Source of the DNA: an uncultured delta proteobacterium
Lineage (GTDB): Bacteria > Desulfobacterota > WTBG01
Direction: 5' to 3'
Length of the DNA stretch: 64,000 nt
NCBI GenBank assembly: GCA_963793865.1
Contig: CAWCBP010000012.1
Location: 104,986-168,985 of the forward strand
The notes under the pieces are model-generated. The model was not told the DNA's origin. It did no database searches and was given only the letters and a program-made list of their open reading frames with translations. Position numbers and translations under genes: made by a program. Numbering within the stretch: the first letter of the stretch is position 1; each line of letters opens with the position of its first letter. This document shows positions 48,810-58,991 of the stretch, in pieces.

Positions 48810-49561
48810 CCTTCAGCCTTGGCTGAACCGGCATCCCCCGCGGCGCTTTTTCTTCCGAAGATTTTGGCCACTATAACGCTGATTTCGTAGAGCAGCAGCA
48901 GGGGGGCTGCCATGAGGCACTGGCTGAAGACATCGGGCGGGGTGAGAACGGCGGCAACGATGAAGATGATGACGATGGCGAATTTTCTCTGCTGGCGGAG
49001 CATGCGCTCGGTCACCAGACCCAGCTTGGCGAGAAAGAGTATGAACACCGGCAGCTCGAATATGATGCCGAAGGCGAGCAGTATCTGGAAGGTAAAGGAA
49101 AGGTATTCCTTCATGGCGGGCAGCGGCTTGAGCGTGTCGGTGCTGTAGCTCATGAAGAATTTAAAGGAGAAGGGAAACACGACCAGGTAGCAGAAGGCAA
49201 CGCCGGTGAAGAAAAGCAGGCTCGCGGAAATCACGAAGGGGAAGACGTACTTTTTCTCGTGGTCGTAGAGGCCGGGGGCCACAAAGCACCAGACCTCCCA
49301 GAGAATGACCGGGCTGGCCAGGATCAGCCCCGCGTAGAAGGCGAGCTTTAAGTAGACGACAAAGGCCTCGGTCAGGCCGGTAAAAATAAGCCAGCTCTGC
49401 GCGGGAAGCTGCTCTTTCAGGGGCTGTACCAGGAGCTCGAAGATGGTCTCGGCAAAGTTGTAGGAAAGTAAAAATCCCGCGACGACAGCGATGAGGCAGA
49501 TGATGATTCTTTTGCGGAGCTCTTCCAGGTGGCTGGTAAAGGGAATTTTATCGTCGGCCAT
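48806..49561 (-). CDS. tatC: Twin-arginine translocase TatC
   Basis: HLEELRKR, FVAPGL..EK, FELP, AAVLTPPD. Confidence 0.96.
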   Translation of the reverse strand: MADDKIPFTSHLEELRKRIIICLIAVVAGFLLSYNFAETIFELLVQPLKEQLPAQSWLIFTGLTEAFVVYLKLAFYAGLILASPVILWEVWCFVAPGLYDHEKKYVFPFVISASLLFFTGVAFCYLVVFPFSFKFFMSYSTDTLKPLPAMKEYLSFTFQILLAFGIIFELPVFILFLAKLGLVTERMLRQQRKFAIVIIFIVAAVLTPPDVFSQCLMAAPLLLLYEISVIVAKIFGRKSAAGDAGSAKAEG

Positions 49562-49569
49562 GAGCGGGT

Positions 49570-49866
49570 CTAGCCCTTGATTTCCTCTTCAGGTGCGTTC
49601 GCCGGGGCGGCGGGTTCAGCGTCCGTCGGCGGGGATACATCTTGTGCGGCCCTGGCCTGGCTGATTTCCTGAACCAGCCTGTCGCGCTCTTCCTTCAGCC
49701 CGTTTATATCCAGGTCTTCCTTGAGATCATCCGCGGCGCGCTTGAATTCACCGATTGCCCTTCCCAGCGCCCGTGCCAGGTCCGGCAATTTTTTCGGCCC
49801 GATGACTATCAGGGCGACCACCAGGATCACGATAACTTCCTGCATCCCCACGCCAAACATATCCAC
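49570..49866 (-). CDS. tatB: Twin-arginine translocase TatB (TatA/B family)
   Basis: MFGVGMQE..ALIVIGPKKLPDLAR. Confidence 0.88.
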   Translation of the reverse strand: MDMFGVGMQEVIVILVVALIVIGPKKLPDLARALGRAIGEFKRAADDLKEDLDINGLKEERDRLVQEISQARAAQDVSPPTDAEPAAPANAPEEEIKG

Positions 49867-49931
49867 ACCTCATATACTAACGGAGATGGTACTATTCCTA
49901 TAATCTTTTCTTTACAGTGTCAAGCTGTGTA

Positions 49932-50960
49932 TTGGGGTCAGGTCTTGAAATATCAGTTTTGGCGGGGACATGATGTGAGACCCGTTATGCGCTGCTGAGC
50001 AGGAGAAACAGACGATGACCAATGATTGACAATGTCGGGTCAGGTCTTGAAATATAAGCACTGTTCTGCTATGGTGCCTTCATGGCCAGACCATTGCGAA
50101 TAGAATACCCGGGTGCTGTTTATCACGTAACAAGCAGGGGCAATGCCCAGGGAATAATATTTAGCGATAATCAGGACCGGCTCAGCTTTCTGGACGTGCT
50201 GGCCGGTGTGGTTAAACGCTACCGCTGGTTATGCCATGCCTATTGTCTGATGGGTAATCACTATCATCTGCTGGTTGAAACGCAGGAAGCGAACCTGTCC
50301 CTGGGTATGCGCCAACTCAACGGAGTTTATACCCAGAGATATAACCGCAGGCATAAAAAATCCGGTCACGTTTTTCAAGGGAGGTTTAAGGCAATAGTGC
50401 TGGATAAAGACAGCTATTTGCTTGAACTGTGCCGCTATGTGGTATTGAATCCGGTGCGTGCGAAGATGGTCAAAAATGTGGAAGAGTGGCAATGGAGCAG
50501 CTACCGGGCCACTGTGGCAATGATCAAACCTCCCGATTACCTCACCACGGATTGGATCCTGGGTCTATTCAGCAGCAAGCGCGGGATTGCGCGGAGGAAA
50601 TATAAGAGTTTTGTCAAAGAAGGGTTGCATCAACAGTCACCCTGGGGTTTGCTGAGAGGGCAGGTGTTGCTGGGAGAGGAAAAATTTGTAAAAGGATTTA
50701 AAGCACTGCTTTCTGACAAAGATCAGGTAAAAGAGATACCGCGGCAGCAGCGCCACGTGGCCCGACCAGGGCTTGAAGAACTGTTTCAGAAAAGGGTATC
50801 GGGAAAACAGAGGAACAAAAACATCTATGCAGCCCACATGAAGTATGGGTATAAACTCTATGAAATTGCAAACTATCTGCAAATCCACTATACTACGGTG
50901 AGTAAAATCATTGCAAAGGAAGAAGGACCGCAAGACTGATAATTCAAGACCTGACCCCAA
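49932..50960. mobile_element. RAYT element 2 with GGGGTCAGGTCTTGAA inverted ends (left end doubled)
   Basis: Left copies 49932..49953 and 50037..50055; inverted copy 50943..50960. Confidence 0.82.
50082..50939 (+). CDS. REP-associated tyrosine (Y1 HUH) transposase with C-terminal HTH
   Basis: MARPLR..YHVTSRGN, LMGNHYHLL, GHVFQGRF, YVVLNPVRA, WSSY. Confidence 0.93.
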   Translation: MARPLRIEYPGAVYHVTSRGNAQGIIFSDNQDRLSFLDVLAGVVKRYRWLCHAYCLMGNHYHLLVETQEANLSLGMRQLNGVYTQRYNRRHKKSGHVFQGRFKAIVLDKDSYLLELCRYVVLNPVRAKMVKNVEEWQWSSYRATVAMIKPPDYLTTDWILGLFSSKRGIARRKYKSFVKEGLHQQSPWGLLRGQVLLGEEKFVKGFKALLSDKDQVKEIPRQQRHVARPGLEELFQKRVSGKQRNKNIYAAHMKYGYKLYEIANYLQIHYTTVSKIIAKEEGPQD

Positions 50961-50984
50961 GGAAATGACCCCAAGGAAAAATTC

Positions 50985-52032
50985 ATGGCACCCAAAACCG
51001 CTGTTGTGAAAGATCCCATATACCTCCAGCATAAAACCGGCGACTACCATCCCGAAAGCCACCACCGGCTGGAGGTTGTGTATGACATGCTCAGGGAGGA
51101 TGAGCTTCAGGGGAAGTTCTCGGCGCTCGCGCCGCGCCCGGCTACGCGCGCTGAACTGGAGCTCAATCATTCCCCGGACTATATTGACCAGGTCGCCGGA
51201 ACCGCGGGACGCGATTTTACCAGCCTTGATCCCGACACCAGCACCTCCCCGCGATCCTGGGAAGCCGCCCAGATGGCGGCGGGCGGGGTCCTGGAGGCGA
51301 TTGACCGGGTAATGCAGGGAGAGTTTGAAAACTGCTTCGCGCTGGTCCGGCCGCCCGGCCACCACGCCGAGAAGGGCTGGGGAAAGGGCTTCTGCCTCTT
51401 CAATAACATTGCCATCGGCGCGCACTATGCCTTAAAGCAGTACAGGCTGGAGCGCATCCTTATCGTGGACTGGGATTTGCACCACGGCAACGGGACGCAG
51501 CATTCGTTTTACAATGACCCGCGGGTGCTGTTTTTTTCCACGCACCAGTATCCGTACTATCCCGGAAGCGGCAGTGTGGTTGAGGCCGGCGAGGGACGCG
51601 GGGAAGGTTTTACGGTCAACGTTCCGCTTCCCGGGGGACAGGGTGACGGCGACTTCCTGGAAATTTACCGGGTGCTGCTGAAGCCGCTTGCCCTTGAGTT
51701 TAAACCGCAACTGGTGCTGGTTTCCGCCGGGTTCGATATCTATTTTGATGATCCCCTCGGCGGCATGGAGGTTACACCCGAAGGATTTGCGGCCATGACC
51801 GCTTCCATTATGGACCTTGCGCGCTCATCCTGCGGGGGAAAAATGGTGCTGAGCCTGGAAGGGGGGTATCACCTGGATGGGTCTGCGCAGATCTGTCAAG
51901 GCCACCATACGGCAGCTGGCGGGAGATTCCCTGGAACAGAAAAAAGAAGCGGGGGATCATGTGGCGAACAACACGCTCAAAATCATTGAGGCAGTGAGGA
52001 AGATCCAGAAGGGTTACTGGAAGTGCTTATAG
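50985..52032 (+). CDS. Histone deacetylase-family (AcuC-like) amidohydrolase; frameshift near 51880
   Basis: HPES, RPPGHHA, GFCLFNN, DWDLHHGNGTQ, SAGFD, LEGGY; plausible tail ..KIQKGYWKCL* in another frame. Confidence 0.92.
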
Positions 52033-52159
52033 GGAGGGTGCAGGGGCAGAAAGGAGGGTACAGGGTTCAGGGACCAGGGTCAAAGAATACAGTTGACGGT
52101 TGACAGTTTACAGCAGAGCACTCTTTAACCGTCGACTGCTGACTGTAAACTGTCTTTTG

Positions 52160-52353
52160 AACCACGAAGGGCACGAAGGGAAAGACACGCACGAAGGGCA
52201 CGAAGAAAGAATCTGAAACTTTGCAAATGTTATTTCTCAGTTGCGCATGCGCAACTGAGAAGTCTTGCAGGAAGGACGCAGCAGAGCGCGTCCTTCCTTG
52301 ACTTTCGTTGACTTCGTGTGCTTCGTGAGCTTTTCTTCGTGATCTTCGTGGTT
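52160..52353. repeat. CACGAAG-armed element copy 3 (isomer II)
   Basis: Hairpin A TTCTCAGTTGCGCATGCGCAACTGAGAA then hairpin B AGGAAGGACGC/GCGTCCTTCCT. Confidence 0.88.
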
Positions 52354-52429
52354 CAAAAACAGGGTGTAGGGTCAGTGAGGCTGCATTGACCTGCATCATG
52401 CATCCTGTATCATGCATCTTTTCCCTCGC

Positions 52430-53917
52430 TTACAGCTCCGAATTCACCTTGTATCCTCCCTGTGCCTTGGAGCGATACAGCACCTTATCCGCCTTGCGCA
52501 CCAGCGTGTGCTCGTTGCCCACGATATCACTGGTGATGTCGGCAACGCCCGTGCTTACCGAGATGGTGTAGTTTGAGCTGTCTATGTTCACCGGGTGGTT
52601 GCTGATATTTTTTTTGAGCCGCTCCGCCAGTATGGCCGCTTCCTCCGCCTTTGTTTCCGGCAGGATGACGGCGAACTCGTCCCCTCCGTAGCGCGCCAGG
52701 AAATCTATTTCCCGGATGGAGCCCTGAAGCTGTGAGGCCAGTGTTTTAAGCACGCTGTCGCCGGCCTCATGTCCATAGGTGTCGTTGATGGCCTTGAACC
52801 CGTCGACATCGAGCATGATGAGCGAGAGGGGCTTCTGGTACCGCTTTGATCTGCGCAGCTCCCTGTCCAGCACCTTCTGAAAGGCCCTGCGGTTATAAAC
52901 GCCGGTCAGCTCATCGGTAATGGCCAGCGACTGGGCCTTCTGGTGCTCTGCGGCATTTTTCAGCGCCAGCGCAACCTGGTTGGCGATGGTTGATACAAGC
53001 TGCAGCTGCTTTTTGCCCAGTCTCTTGGCGCCGGCGAGGCCCATCATCCCCAGCACATTGCCGGCCACCTTGAGCGGAATAAAAAACGTGTTATCCCCGG
53101 CCGGGGACGGTTTCTCGGCATGGGCCCGGTGATGGCACTTTATTTTTATCACCCTGGTTTGAATATCGCTTTCGACCAGCTTTTTTCCGCTGTAGCGCGC
53201 ATATTCCCCGATGGATTCGCGGGTGAGCTGCTCCACGATCTCGACTTTCAGGGGGGTGGCGCAGGTGCATATGGTCAAAAACAGCTCCTCCCCCAGCGCG
53301 TAGAAAAAAAGTACCAGGTCATTGACGATCAGCTCGCTGAACTTGCCGCCGGCGACCTTTTCCACCATCTTGTGCGCGTCCAGGGTTGAATTGATCTGCA
53401 GGCTCAGCTGATTGAGCAGGGTGAGTTCCTGGTTGATCTTTTTGAGCGAGAGCTTCTCTTTTCTGAGCTTCTCGCTCTGCCTTTTAAGCTCACTGTTGGT
53501 TTTTTTCAGCCTGCTGTCAATCTCCAGGATTTTCATAAGCGCCCGCCTGCTCTCGAGCCCCTTATGAACCACGTCTTTCAGCTGGCTGCACACGATGGGC
53601 TTGGTAATAAAACTGAAAGCCCCTTCCTGCATGGCCGAGACGATGGTCCTGAGGTCCGGTTTATCGGCCATGAAAATGACGCAGCTCTTGTAGCACGAGG
53701 ATTGGATGTCCTTTAAAATATCGATCCCGCTGAATGCGGGCATCCTCTGTTCAACAAAAATGAGGTCAAAATCATTTAAACTCCTGTGCAGTTTTTCCAG
53801 CGCCAGCTTTGAATCGGAGGCCTCCTCTACATGCAGCCCCATCTTTTTAAGCGCGCGGGATAATTTGCTTACGTTGTCCAAATCATTGTCTATAATCAGT
53901 ACACTATGCGTTTCCAT
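52430..53917 (-). CDS. Diguanylate cyclase (REC, coiled coil, GAF-like, GGDEF)
   Basis: DELTG.YNRR, D.FK.IND.YGH, REID..ARYGGDEF. Confidence 0.92.
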   Translation of the reverse strand: METHSVLIIDNDLDNVSKLSRALKKMGLHVEEASDSKLALEKLHRSLNDFDLIFVEQRMPAFSGIDILKDIQSSCYKSCVIFMADKPDLRTIVSAMQEGAFSFITKPIVCSQLKDVVHKGLESRRALMKILEIDSRLKKTNSELKRQSEKLRKEKLSLKKINQELTLLNQLSLQINSTLDAHKMVEKVAGGKFSELIVNDLVLFFYALGEELFLTICTCATPLKVEIVEQLTRESIGEYARYSGKKLVESDIQTRVIKIKCHHRAHAEKPSPAGDNTFFIPLKVAGNVLGMMGLAGAKRLGKKQLQLVSTIANQVALALKNAAEHQKAQSLAITDELTGVYNRRAFQKVLDRELRRSKRYQKPLSLIMLDVDGFKAINDTYGHEAGDSVLKTLASQLQGSIREIDFLARYGGDEFAVILPETKAEEAAILAERLKKNISNHPVNIDSSNYTISVSTGVADITSDIVGNEHTLVRKADKVLYRSKAQGGYKVNSEL

Positions 53918-53957
53918 GGCGACCCCCACTATATAAATATGCTTACATGAAAGATTG

Positions 53958-53973
53958 AGCATATTCTATGCCA
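53958..53973 (-). promoter_or_regulatory. Candidate sigma54 promoter for the diguanylate cyclase
   Basis: Minus strand TGGCATAGAATATGCT (GG-N10-GC), ~40 bp before the ATG, AT-rich upstream. Confidence 0.6.
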
Positions 53974-54230
53974 TGGTCATAAATAGTTATAATCGCTGGG
54001 ATAATAGACCCGGATTCTTGTAATTAACTGTATTTTATAGATTATTTTAAAGAGGAGTGGGGGGTATTTTTTAGTGATACGTGCAAATAATAGTCAAAAT
54101 TATGTTATGTGCCATTATTTTGACTATTAGCGAGGTTAGATTGAGGAGAAAAGATGCACGATACAGGATGCACGATCAGGAAAAGAGGCCTCTCTAACCC
54201 TGATCCCTGACCCCAGTACCCTGTTTTTTA

Positions 54231-54438
54231 AATCACGAAGCCCACGAAGAAAAACCAAGAACGATCACGAAGAGAGACACACGAAGCACTTCAAAGTTAA
54301 AGAAGGACGCGCTCTGCCGCGTCCTTCTTGCAAGTCTTCTCAGTCGCGCATGCACGACTGAGAAACGACAAGGACAAAGTTTCGGGATCTTTCTTCGTGA
54401 TCTTCGTGCTTATCTTTTCCTTCGTGCCCTTCGTGGTT
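54231..54438. repeat. CACGAAG-armed element copy 4 (isomer II)
   Basis: Hairpin B AGAAGGACGC/GCGTCCTTCT, hairpin A TTCTCAGTCGCGCATGCACGACTGAGAA. Confidence 0.86.
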
Positions 54439-54518
54439 CAAATCTGCAAGTTTACAGTTGACGGTTAGTAGTTGACAGGAACTCTCCTGCATCGTGCATC
54501 ATGTACTCCTGCTATACC

Positions 54519-55547
54519 CTACCCCCTCTCTTTTAGCATCTCGCACAATTCCTTTATCCTCTTCGGCGTGGGCAGATGATAGGGGCATTTTTCAACGCAC
54601 TTCCCGCAGGCATCGCACAGCTCAAGCTGGGGCAGCATCCGCTTTGCCATCTCCAGCGTGTAGGCAATATTGTCGTTCATCTCCCTGCCATAGGCCATGA
54701 GGTGGATCATGTGCGCGAAAGGAATCATGATGCCCTTTTCGCAGGGCATGCAGTAGCTGCAGCGGCGGCAGAAATCCTTTCCCAGTTCGGCGACTTCTTC
54801 TCCCAGCTGTTTAAGCTCTTCAGCGGAGAGGGGCTTCCCTTCCTCCATCACCTTCCAGTTGGCGTCAACCTCCTGTACCGATGACATTCCCGGCGTTATC
54901 ACCCCGATGGGATGGCTGAGAAAAAATCGCAACGCCAAGGGTTTGTTTTCGATCATGCCTCCTGCCAGGGGTTTCATTACCGATGTCGCAACTTCCAGCC
55001 GGTTGGCGGTGTCGAGCAGGGTTTGCAGCGGCTCCTGTTCGATGACGTTGAAGGGAAACATGCTCATGGCGAACTCGCCCGTTTTGAGCGCCTCGGTCAT
55101 GGTGACCGGGTTGTGACCGGTGATGGCGATGTGCCTGATCCTGCCCTTTTTCTGCGCCTCTTTCAGGAATGAAAGCGGCTCCTTCATCACCGCGGCCAGC
55201 TCCGGCGGCTGGTTCACCGCGTGAAAGCCGTAGAAGTCGATGGTCTCGAGCTTCAGGCGATCAAAGCTCTGCTCGAAATCCTTTTTAAAGGCGTCAAACC
55301 CCATCTTCCAGGAGTGGGACCGGGACAGAATGGTAAAATCGCTTCGCTTGATGGTTGAGAGCACCCTTCCCAGCTTCTCCTCACTGTCCTGGTAGGCCGA
55401 TGCCGTGTCGAAGTAATTGATGCCCTTCTCCAGGGCCCTCCTGACGGTCTTGTCTGATTCCTCTTTGGAGACGCGCGGAATGTACATTGCACCGAACCCG
55501 AGCTGCTTCACCTTGATACCGGTCTTTCCAAGAGTGATGACCTTCAT
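54519..55547 (-). CDS. Aldo/keto reductase with C-terminal 4Fe-4S domain
   Basis: GINYFDTA..Y..SEE, MKPLAGG, CRRCSYCMPC, CDACGKC...CP. Confidence 0.92.
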   Translation of the reverse strand: MKVITLGKTGIKVKQLGFGAMYIPRVSKEESDKTVRRALEKGINYFDTASAYQDSEEKLGRVLSTIKRSDFTILSRSHSWKMGFDAFKKDFEQSFDRLKLETIDFYGFHAVNQPPELAAVMKEPLSFLKEAQKKGRIRHIAITGHNPVTMTEALKTGEFAMSMFPFNVIEQEPLQTLLDTANRLEVATSVMKPLAGGMIENKPLALRFFLSHPIGVITPGMSSVQEVDANWKVMEEGKPLSAEELKQLGEEVAELGKDFCRRCSYCMPCEKGIMIPFAHMIHLMAYGREMNDNIAYTLEMAKRMLPQLELCDACGKCVEKCPYHLPTPKRIKELCEMLKERG

Positions 55548-55710
55548 TTTCAGCCTCCCTGAACATTTTTATGTCTATGCATTCGTAGGTGTAAGAATCG
55601 TGAACCTTGGAAAGAATAACATATCTCAGGATTTTCTTGTAACAAATTTCCTTGGTCCACAGGCAGTTTAATCCATCAATTAATTGGACGCGGCCGCGGG
55701 TCATAGCGGG

Positions 55711-55798
55711 TCGTAGCCGCAGGCTGTAGTCGCAGGCTTCAGCCTGCGTAAACACTGTGCCTGCGGAAGAATTCGCAAGCTAAAGCTTGCGGCTACGA
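55711..55798. repeat. GTAG REP-like doublet
   Basis: TCGTAGCCGC..GCAGGCTTCAGCCTGC..GCAAGCTAAAGCTTGCGGCTACGA. Confidence 0.78.
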
Positions 55799-55906
55799 CT
55801 GATCCCCCAAAATGTCCAATGTCAAGGGCTGCCCCGAAGGGAGGGCTGAATCTTAGTATTCAGCAGCAAGGACCATGGACCGTAAACCCTGCGCCCACAA
55901 AAACTA

Positions 55907-55926
55907 ATATTTCAAGACCTGACCCC
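55907..55926. repeat. Orphan end of RAYT element 2
   Basis: ATATTTCAAGACCTGACCCC. Confidence 0.85.
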
Positions 55927-55960
55927 ATCCACATCGTAAGAATTGGACAAACTGCGTTTT

Positions 55961-56188
55961 GAACCTAGGTTTAAGAACACGAAGGGAAAGAAGGAGCACG
56001 AAGTTCACGTCAAGAGGATTAACCCTGAATACTTTGCACAAAATTGTCATTTCTCAGTTGACCGCATGTGGCTGCGCACCGCAGAAACTGATCTTGCAAG
56101 ACGGACCCCACAGCGCGCGTCCTTCTGTAACTTTCTCTTCCTTCGTGATCTTCGTGGTCAGTCGTTTTTCTTCGTGCTCTTCGTGGTT
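55961..56188. repeat. CACGAAG-armed element copy 5 (isomer II, degraded or error-rich)
   Basis: TTCTCAGTTG.., TCTTGCA, GCGCGTCCTTCT and CTTCGTGGTT end recognisable. Confidence 0.7.
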
Positions 56189-56281
56189 AATGATTTTGGA
56201 CATTGTGTGGTTTAGATATTGGGATTTAGGATTTGTCTTCCACCCTGCACCCTTACCCCTGAACCCTGTCCCCTCAAAAAT

Positions 56282-58057
56282 CTAATCGGTAAACAAATAA
56301 ACACTTCCCTCCTGGCTGCCCACCAGCAGGTCCTGCCTGCCGTCGTTGTCCCAGTCGATGAGGAAGGGAACCGCCGAGCCGTCAACGGCGATGCGCTCAT
56401 CATTCATCTTGATCAGGCCGGCGGCGATGAACTGCGGCGTGGAGCCGGTGCTGACATTGAGATAGAGATGGATGTACCCGTCTCCGTCCCCGATCAGCAG
56501 GTCCGGCTTGCCGTCACCGTTCCAGTCAGCCATGAAGGGAGCGGCAAAGCTTCCCACATCAATCGGCGCGCCGTCCGCCATGACCGCCTCCGGCGGTGAG
56601 AGGCGGGGCTTGCTGTCGGTTCCTTCATTGAGATACAGCGAAAGGGTGCCCTCGCCGCTGCCTGCAAGCAGGTCCTTTTTGTTGTCCCCGTTCCAGTCAA
56701 CCACCTGCGGCATGCAGTAGCTGCCGACGTTAATCTCCTCCCCGGCGGCATCCCTGACCACCGCAGAAGCCCTGTAAACAGGCATGGCGTTGCTGCCCCG
56801 GTTGGTGAATGCTATGAGATAGCCCTCACCGGTTCCCGCCAGGAGGTCCTGTGCCCCGTCATTGTTGTAGTCGAGCACAAACGGAGCCGCGTTGCTGCCG
56901 ACGCTGATGACCTCATCGTTTGCCGTGAGCAGGCGGTGGTCGCCAAATGCCGGGTTGTCATCCGTGCCGGTATTGGTGAAAAGGGCGATGGTGCCGTCCT
57001 TGTTTCCCACCAGCAGGTCTTTGCCGCCGTCCAGATCATAGTCCACCACGAAGGGGCAGGCGCCTTGTCCGACGGAAATCGGCTGATCGTTGGCGGTAAG
57101 CTGCCGGACCTGGCTGAAGGCGATTCCCGCGAACGGCGTCAGGGTGATGGCGTAGATGTCTGTTGTCAGCCGGGAGAAATCAATGACCCGGTAGTGGTCG
57201 GCGAATCCCGGGTAGGTAAGGCGCAGCACCTGCTTGCCCGGGATGGCCTGGTTGAACAACTGGGGGGTGTTCCCGGAATAAATGCCGAGGTAGGCATAAT
57301 TGCCGTTCCAGTAAATTTTGGCATCCGTCGGCAGCGAGACAATCTTGACCGGCGCGTAATCCAGCTCCAGGGCTTGGGTGGCGGTGTTACCTGCCAGGTC
57401 CTCCGCGACAAGGGTGAGGCGATTTCTGCCCGGAACCAGATGCGCGCGGGCGGAGAAAATCCCATTGGCGGAGCTGATACTTGCATCATCATTGTTCAGC
57501 TTGAGAAATTTCAGGTTCGGCTCCTCAAAGGTCCCGCGTATGGTGACCGACGCGAACCGGGTCTTGGCCGGTGAGGGCAGGGGCTCAATCTCGATGCGGG
57601 GCTGCTGCTGGTCGCAAATAAGGAGGTTGCTTTGTGGAGACAAGGGTGAAGAAACCCCGGCGGGCGATACGGCAGCCACCGACAGCTTGTATGAGTGGTT
57701 ATGCTCGCATTTGAGCTGGTATTCAGGTCCCGGTGACGTGGCCTGCTTTACCATGGTGATGCCGCCCGTGCCGCCTGAACCCGGGAAAAACCGGGTGTCG
57801 CGTATTTCCAGCGCATAGTGGTCTACGGCGCCGGCCGGGGGTTGCCACACGGTCCTGACCAGGTCCTGGTTGGTGTATTGGACCGTTTCCGCGTAGCGCG
57901 GAAGAGCCCCGATGATAACTGTTATCACCAGGTAGGCAATGATGACAAAGGACAGAAATAAAAGGTCCCTCCAGACAGGGAAGTAGCGGAGTATGCTTTT
58001 TATCCTGGCATACGCGCGGTCAAAAAAGGTCACTTTTAAAAGGTGATTTTGTGCCAT
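56282..58057 (-). CDS. Membrane-anchored FG-GAP/VCBS repeat protein with FN3/Ig-like domains
   Basis: Five P.V.D(W/Y)N.DG..DLL.G..G repeats; TM near N-terminus. Confidence 0.88.
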   Translation of the reverse strand: MAQNHLLKVTFFDRAYARIKSILRYFPVWRDLLFLSFVIIAYLVITVIIGALPRYAETVQYTNQDLVRTVWQPPAGAVDHYALEIRDTRFFPGSGGTGGITMVKQATSPGPEYQLKCEHNHSYKLSVAAVSPAGVSSPLSPQSNLLICDQQQPRIEIEPLPSPAKTRFASVTIRGTFEEPNLKFLKLNNDDASISSANGIFSARAHLVPGRNRLTLVAEDLAGNTATQALELDYAPVKIVSLPTDAKIYWNGNYAYLGIYSGNTPQLFNQAIPGKQVLRLTYPGFADHYRVIDFSRLTTDIYAITLTPFAGIAFSQVRQLTANDQPISVGQGACPFVVDYDLDGGKDLLVGNKDGTIALFTNTGTDDNPAFGDHRLLTANDEVISVGSNAAPFVLDYNNDGAQDLLAGTGEGYLIAFTNRGSNAMPVYRASAVVRDAAGEEINVGSYCMPQVVDWNGDNKKDLLAGSGEGTLSLYLNEGTDSKPRLSPPEAVMADGAPIDVGSFAAPFMADWNGDGKPDLLIGDGDGYIHLYLNVSTGSTPQFIAAGLIKMNDERIAVDGSAVPFLIDWDNDGRQDLLVGSQEGSVYLFTD

Positions 58058-58184
58058 AACTTTAATTACCTTTTTTTAAACCACGAAGCGCACGAAGAAA
58101 AAATCACGAAGATCACGAAGGGGCTCCTGTAAACTGTGAACCGTCAACTGTAAACTGTCTTTTGACCCTGCTCCCTGTATTTTT

Positions 58185-58369
58185 CACCACGAAGACTCAC
58201 GAAGAAAAAGCCAAGAATGAGCACACGAAGAAAGACTCCTAACTTTTCAATTTTCAGTCGTGCGTGCACGACTGAGAAGTCTTGCAGTAGGACGCGGCAG
58301 GGCGCGTCCTACTTAGACACTTGTTTGCTTCGTGCTCTTCGTGCTTTACCCTTCGTGCCCTTCGTGGTT
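58185..58369 (-). repeat. CACGAAG-armed element copy 6 (isomer I), extra arm at 58079..58120
   Basis: Reverse complement of the 36336 architecture. Confidence 0.88.
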
Positions 58370-58854
58370 CCATCATTTTCTTTAGACAGTGGACGCTCCT
58401 TGTTGCAACCGTCAACTGTAAACTCCTGACCCCTGCCCCCTGGTCCCTGTATTTTCCTGATAAGACTGTTTATGGCCTGGGCGAGCCGGTAAAACTCATC
58501 ATGCTTTCGCAGCTTGATTTCCTGCACCTTTTCTCCCGAAGCCAGCGCTTCGAGGATGCGCTCGAACTTGTAAATCGGGCCGGCGATCCGGTGGGAGATG
58601 AAAACACTTATGATGGCAATGGCAAAGATGAGCAGCAGGCTGCGCACAAAGATCTTGGAGGTTATGGCATATTTGATGACGGCCAGGCTTTCGCCGTGGA
58701 ACTGGTTGACCAGGGTTTGCATCACTGCGGTGTAGATGCTCAAGCCCGTGACCACGGCAATAAGCACCATGGCTATGATGATGACCGCCATGAACCTGAT
58801 CTGGAATCCCCGTTCCACCATGAACTTCTTTCGGACGACCTTTTGATGAGCCAT
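58309..58854 (-). CDS. Small two-TM protein with HAMP-like domain
   Basis: RKKFMV..FQ.RF, SHRIAGPIYKF, LRKHDEF; tail reads into repeat DNA. Confidence 0.8.
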   Translation of the reverse strand: MAHQKVVRKKFMVERGFQIRFMAVIIIAMVLIAVVTGLSIYTAVMQTLVNQFHGESLAVIKYAITSKIFVRSLLLIFAIAIISVFISHRIAGPIYKFERILEALASGEKVQEIKLRKHDEFYRLAQAINSLIRKIQGPGGRGQEFTVDGCNKERPLSKENDGTTKGTKGKARRARSKQVSK

Positions 58855-58991
58855 AGAATTTGAGCCTCAGATGTCAGTTCGACAACATGAACCACGAAGC
58901 GCACGAAGCGAGACAACCACGAAGATCACGAAGGGCCTCCTGTAAACTGTCAACCGTCAAATTTTGCCCCTGAACCCATCCCTGTTTTTTC

